This document shows positions 62,053 through 64,000 of a stretch of DNA of 64,000 nt, one piece after another (positions within the stretch are counted from its first letter, which is position 1; each line of letters begins with the position of its first letter). A model generated the notes under the pieces. That model was not told the origin of the DNA. It searched no databases and saw nothing but the letters and a program-made list of their open reading frames with translations. Source of the DNA: an uncultured delta proteobacterium (lineage in GTDB: Bacteria; Desulfobacterota; Syntrophorhabdia; Syntrophorhabdales; WCHB1-27); assembly GCA_963810935.1 (NCBI GenBank), contig CAWEPK010000015.1, positions 16,827 through 80,826 on the forward strand. Direction: 5' to 3'. The position numbers were made by a program, and so were the translations under genes.

Positions 62053-63357
62053 TCACTCACTCAGTTTAACGTCGACCGGCGAATCGTACCGGCTTGTCAT
62101 GGCGAGGAAGACGGAGACAAACCATATCCCCAGCACTGCGATGAGCTTGCCCCTCACCCCTCCCTCGACCGAAAGGGTTATCGAGCATGCCAGTATGAAA
62201 ATGGCCGTCCAGATAGAGTGCGCTTGCCGTCTAACCGCCATATTGAGGAGCGCCAGCAGGCCCGCTAGGAGATATACGAGGTGATGGGCCCAGGCGACGG
62301 GGCTCATGAGGACAATCAGAGGCAGGAATATGAGGATAGCCCAGTCGAGAGAACCGGCCGGCGAACGCATGAACCTTTTCCGCGCTGCATAAAGGCTTGC
62401 GATAAATACCGCGCCGGAAGATGCAAGTCCGGCAGTTAAGGCGAGGACAGGGCTGTTGAAAAGCGGGTGGGGGTTCAGCTCGCTCTTCAGGAATAAGTAT
62501 GAGGCAAATCCATTGAGACTGATGTTATGGATAGCTCCCGGCGGGAAACTGCCCGCATGACTCAGCGACGGCAGAACATCCGTGACCCACTGCCGCCAGG
62601 TCTCATAGGGCAAAAGAAGGAGCGAAACACCCGATAAGCCGGCAAGCAGGGCGACTGAATAAGCGACTATCCGATACTTCCTGCAGACTATCAATGGAAA
62701 CAGGAGGATGAAGGGACTGGTCTTCAGCAAAAGCGCGCAGACCAGGCAAGCGCCGGCCCAGAATGACCGATTCGATCTGGCCAGATGCCAGAACAGGAAT
62801 ATGAAACATGCCGACGCAAGGCTGACCTGGCCGCACTTCAGGGTGAAGATAATCGGTTGAAAGGTGATGATGTACGCCAGGTCAAGGAATATCAACAAGG
62901 CTCCCGTCCGCGCGGAAAGCTTGAACAGCTTCACCGGCAGAAACCAAAGGAGAAACAGAACTGCCATGTGATTGAGAACGAGTGTAGCCACGGCCGCCGA
63001 CTTGTAAGAAATAAGAGAGAGGGGATACGCCAGAAGGAGTGACGGTGGAGGGTACAGGTACTGAAAGATGTACTGCGAAGGCATGATGGCCTGGATAACA
63101 TCTCTCTTGTACGGCGATAGAGAGAACTGGAAAACGGCCCTCGCCGCGCACCAGAAAGACGGCAGATCGATATACTCGATGCCGGCGAGCCTGCTATATC
63201 CGTAATTGTATACGAACGGTAAATAGAGGATGGCCAGAAATGCGGCCAAAAGAACGCGGACGTCCACAAGCTCCTGACCCGGTTGCCCGGCGCCGGAAAG
63301 CTTATCTTCGTTTACCTGCCGTTCGCACCTGAACGACGATAGGTCCAACCAGGACAT
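62053..63357 (-). CDS. GT87/DUF2029-family membrane glycosyltransferase
   Basis: D...FW.AA....SPY, YLYPP, GQVS, LLK..P, N.SL.G, SPVAWAHH; multi-TM. Confidence 0.82.
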   Translation of the reverse strand: MSWLDLSSFRCERQVNEDKLSGAGQPGQELVDVRVLLAAFLAILYLPFVYNYGYSRLAGIEYIDLPSFWCAARAVFQFSLSPYKRDVIQAIMPSQYIFQYLYPPPSLLLAYPLSLISYKSAAVATLVLNHMAVLFLLWFLPVKLFKLSARTGALLIFLDLAYIITFQPIIFTLKCGQVSLASACFIFLFWHLARSNRSFWAGACLVCALLLKTSPFILLFPLIVCRKYRIVAYSVALLAGLSGVSLLLLPYETWRQWVTDVLPSLSHAGSFPPGAIHNISLNGFASYLFLKSELNPHPLFNSPVLALTAGLASSGAVFIASLYAARKRFMRSPAGSLDWAILIFLPLIVLMSPVAWAHHLVYLLAGLLALLNMAVRRQAHSIWTAIFILACSITLSVEGGVRGKLIAVLGIWFVSVFLAMTSRYDSPVDVKLSE

Positions 63358-64000
63358 AGCTGACGTCCTTAGTATCTTTCGTCCCGGAAATGAGCAGCGT
63401 GCGATATGCCTTTGGACGCGTCGTGGGGTGAAGTTATAAAAGGTTTGTCCGGATTATGTCATTGACCGATACCGATGTCTTGAAAAATAACCGTTCAACC
63501 ACCCAAAGGCCGCACAACGTACCGACAACCCTAAAACTTTTCCGGCCGCCATCCCGGAGGCTATTTTCTTCAAATCGCCCTTAGGTTAAGGTCTTGTATT
63601 AACGATGTCAAGAAAAACCGCATGGCGCGGCAGGAACGTTTCTCGCGCGTTTCAACCGGCATTCGCGGGGCCGGAGGAAAGCCCGGCGAGGACCCCGCCC
63701 GATGCAGGCAGGGCGGCTATTCGGAAAGGAGGACCCCGATCCTTTCCAGGACCGAAGCCATAGTCTGTCCCGGCAGCCTGCATACAAACTCTGCCTTCCT
63801 TGCAATCTCTCCCTTAGTCAGGGGTTTCACTGCAAATGCGCTTAATCGCGAAGGGCAGCCGAGACTACTTCCTGAGAGTGTGACCCGACCCCTCATACAG
63901 AACGACACTGCATTTCGCACGGCAATGAACACACGTGTTCACTAAGGCCGGCCGTTATCCAAGTATTAACCGTATTTGAGCGCGGTGCTCTGCCCGACCT

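Noticed and set aside
63717..63932. 71-aa minus-strand ORF
   Set aside because: No clear RBS; only AFAVKPLTKGEIAR hints at a receiver-domain remnant, which is too weak to call.
1..64000. tRNA/rRNA genes, integrase, transposase or prophage
   Set aside because: No cloverleaf, rRNA signature or recombinase/phage motifs were recognised.

Overview
GC-rich bacterial chromosomal window, most like an anaerobic deltaproteobacterium (Desulfobacterota, Syntrophorhabdus-like; this is an inference from gene content and AGG/ATA codon use). Many genes carry single-base frameshifts, often in homopolymer runs, which look like long-read assembly errors. Left to right: FKBP PPIase; a sigma54-driven small lipoprotein; a DUF3943-type outer-membrane protein; a CusA/CzcA RND pump with a two-component pair; a full kdp operon (small upstream ORF, kdpF-A-B-C-D-E) with an unusually long KdpC and an N-terminally truncated KdpD; panE and an EamA transporter; a Fur-family gene divergent from a CxxC...RGPP leader peptide and an MnoP/OprB-like porin; YyaL; an orphan dnaK flanked by two ~205-bp palindromic elements; a His-rich exported peptide; an acyl-CoA/aromatic-acid catabolic region (IorA, CoA ligases, TetR, thiolase, SDR, an AbfD-like flavoenzyme lacking the Fe-S cysteines, TRAP, Hbd, crotonase, MFS, an ACAD with a C-terminal extension, sigma54 activator, CoA transferase); modD-modA under a ModE box; a nucleic-acid-chaperone/cold-shock cluster; and a GT87. 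The best candidate for an undescribed system is the cluster at 55.5-61.9 kb. It holds 3 Csp, 2 PC4/YdbC-like proteins, an RRM protein, RhlE, a FabX/NMO-like enzyme, two paralogous 58-aa ORFs missing from the ORF track (each directly after a csp gene) and a duplicated 70-nt terminator-containing leader RNA. No rRNA, tRNA, CRISPR array or transposase was recognised. All family assignments come from motif recognition, not database searches.
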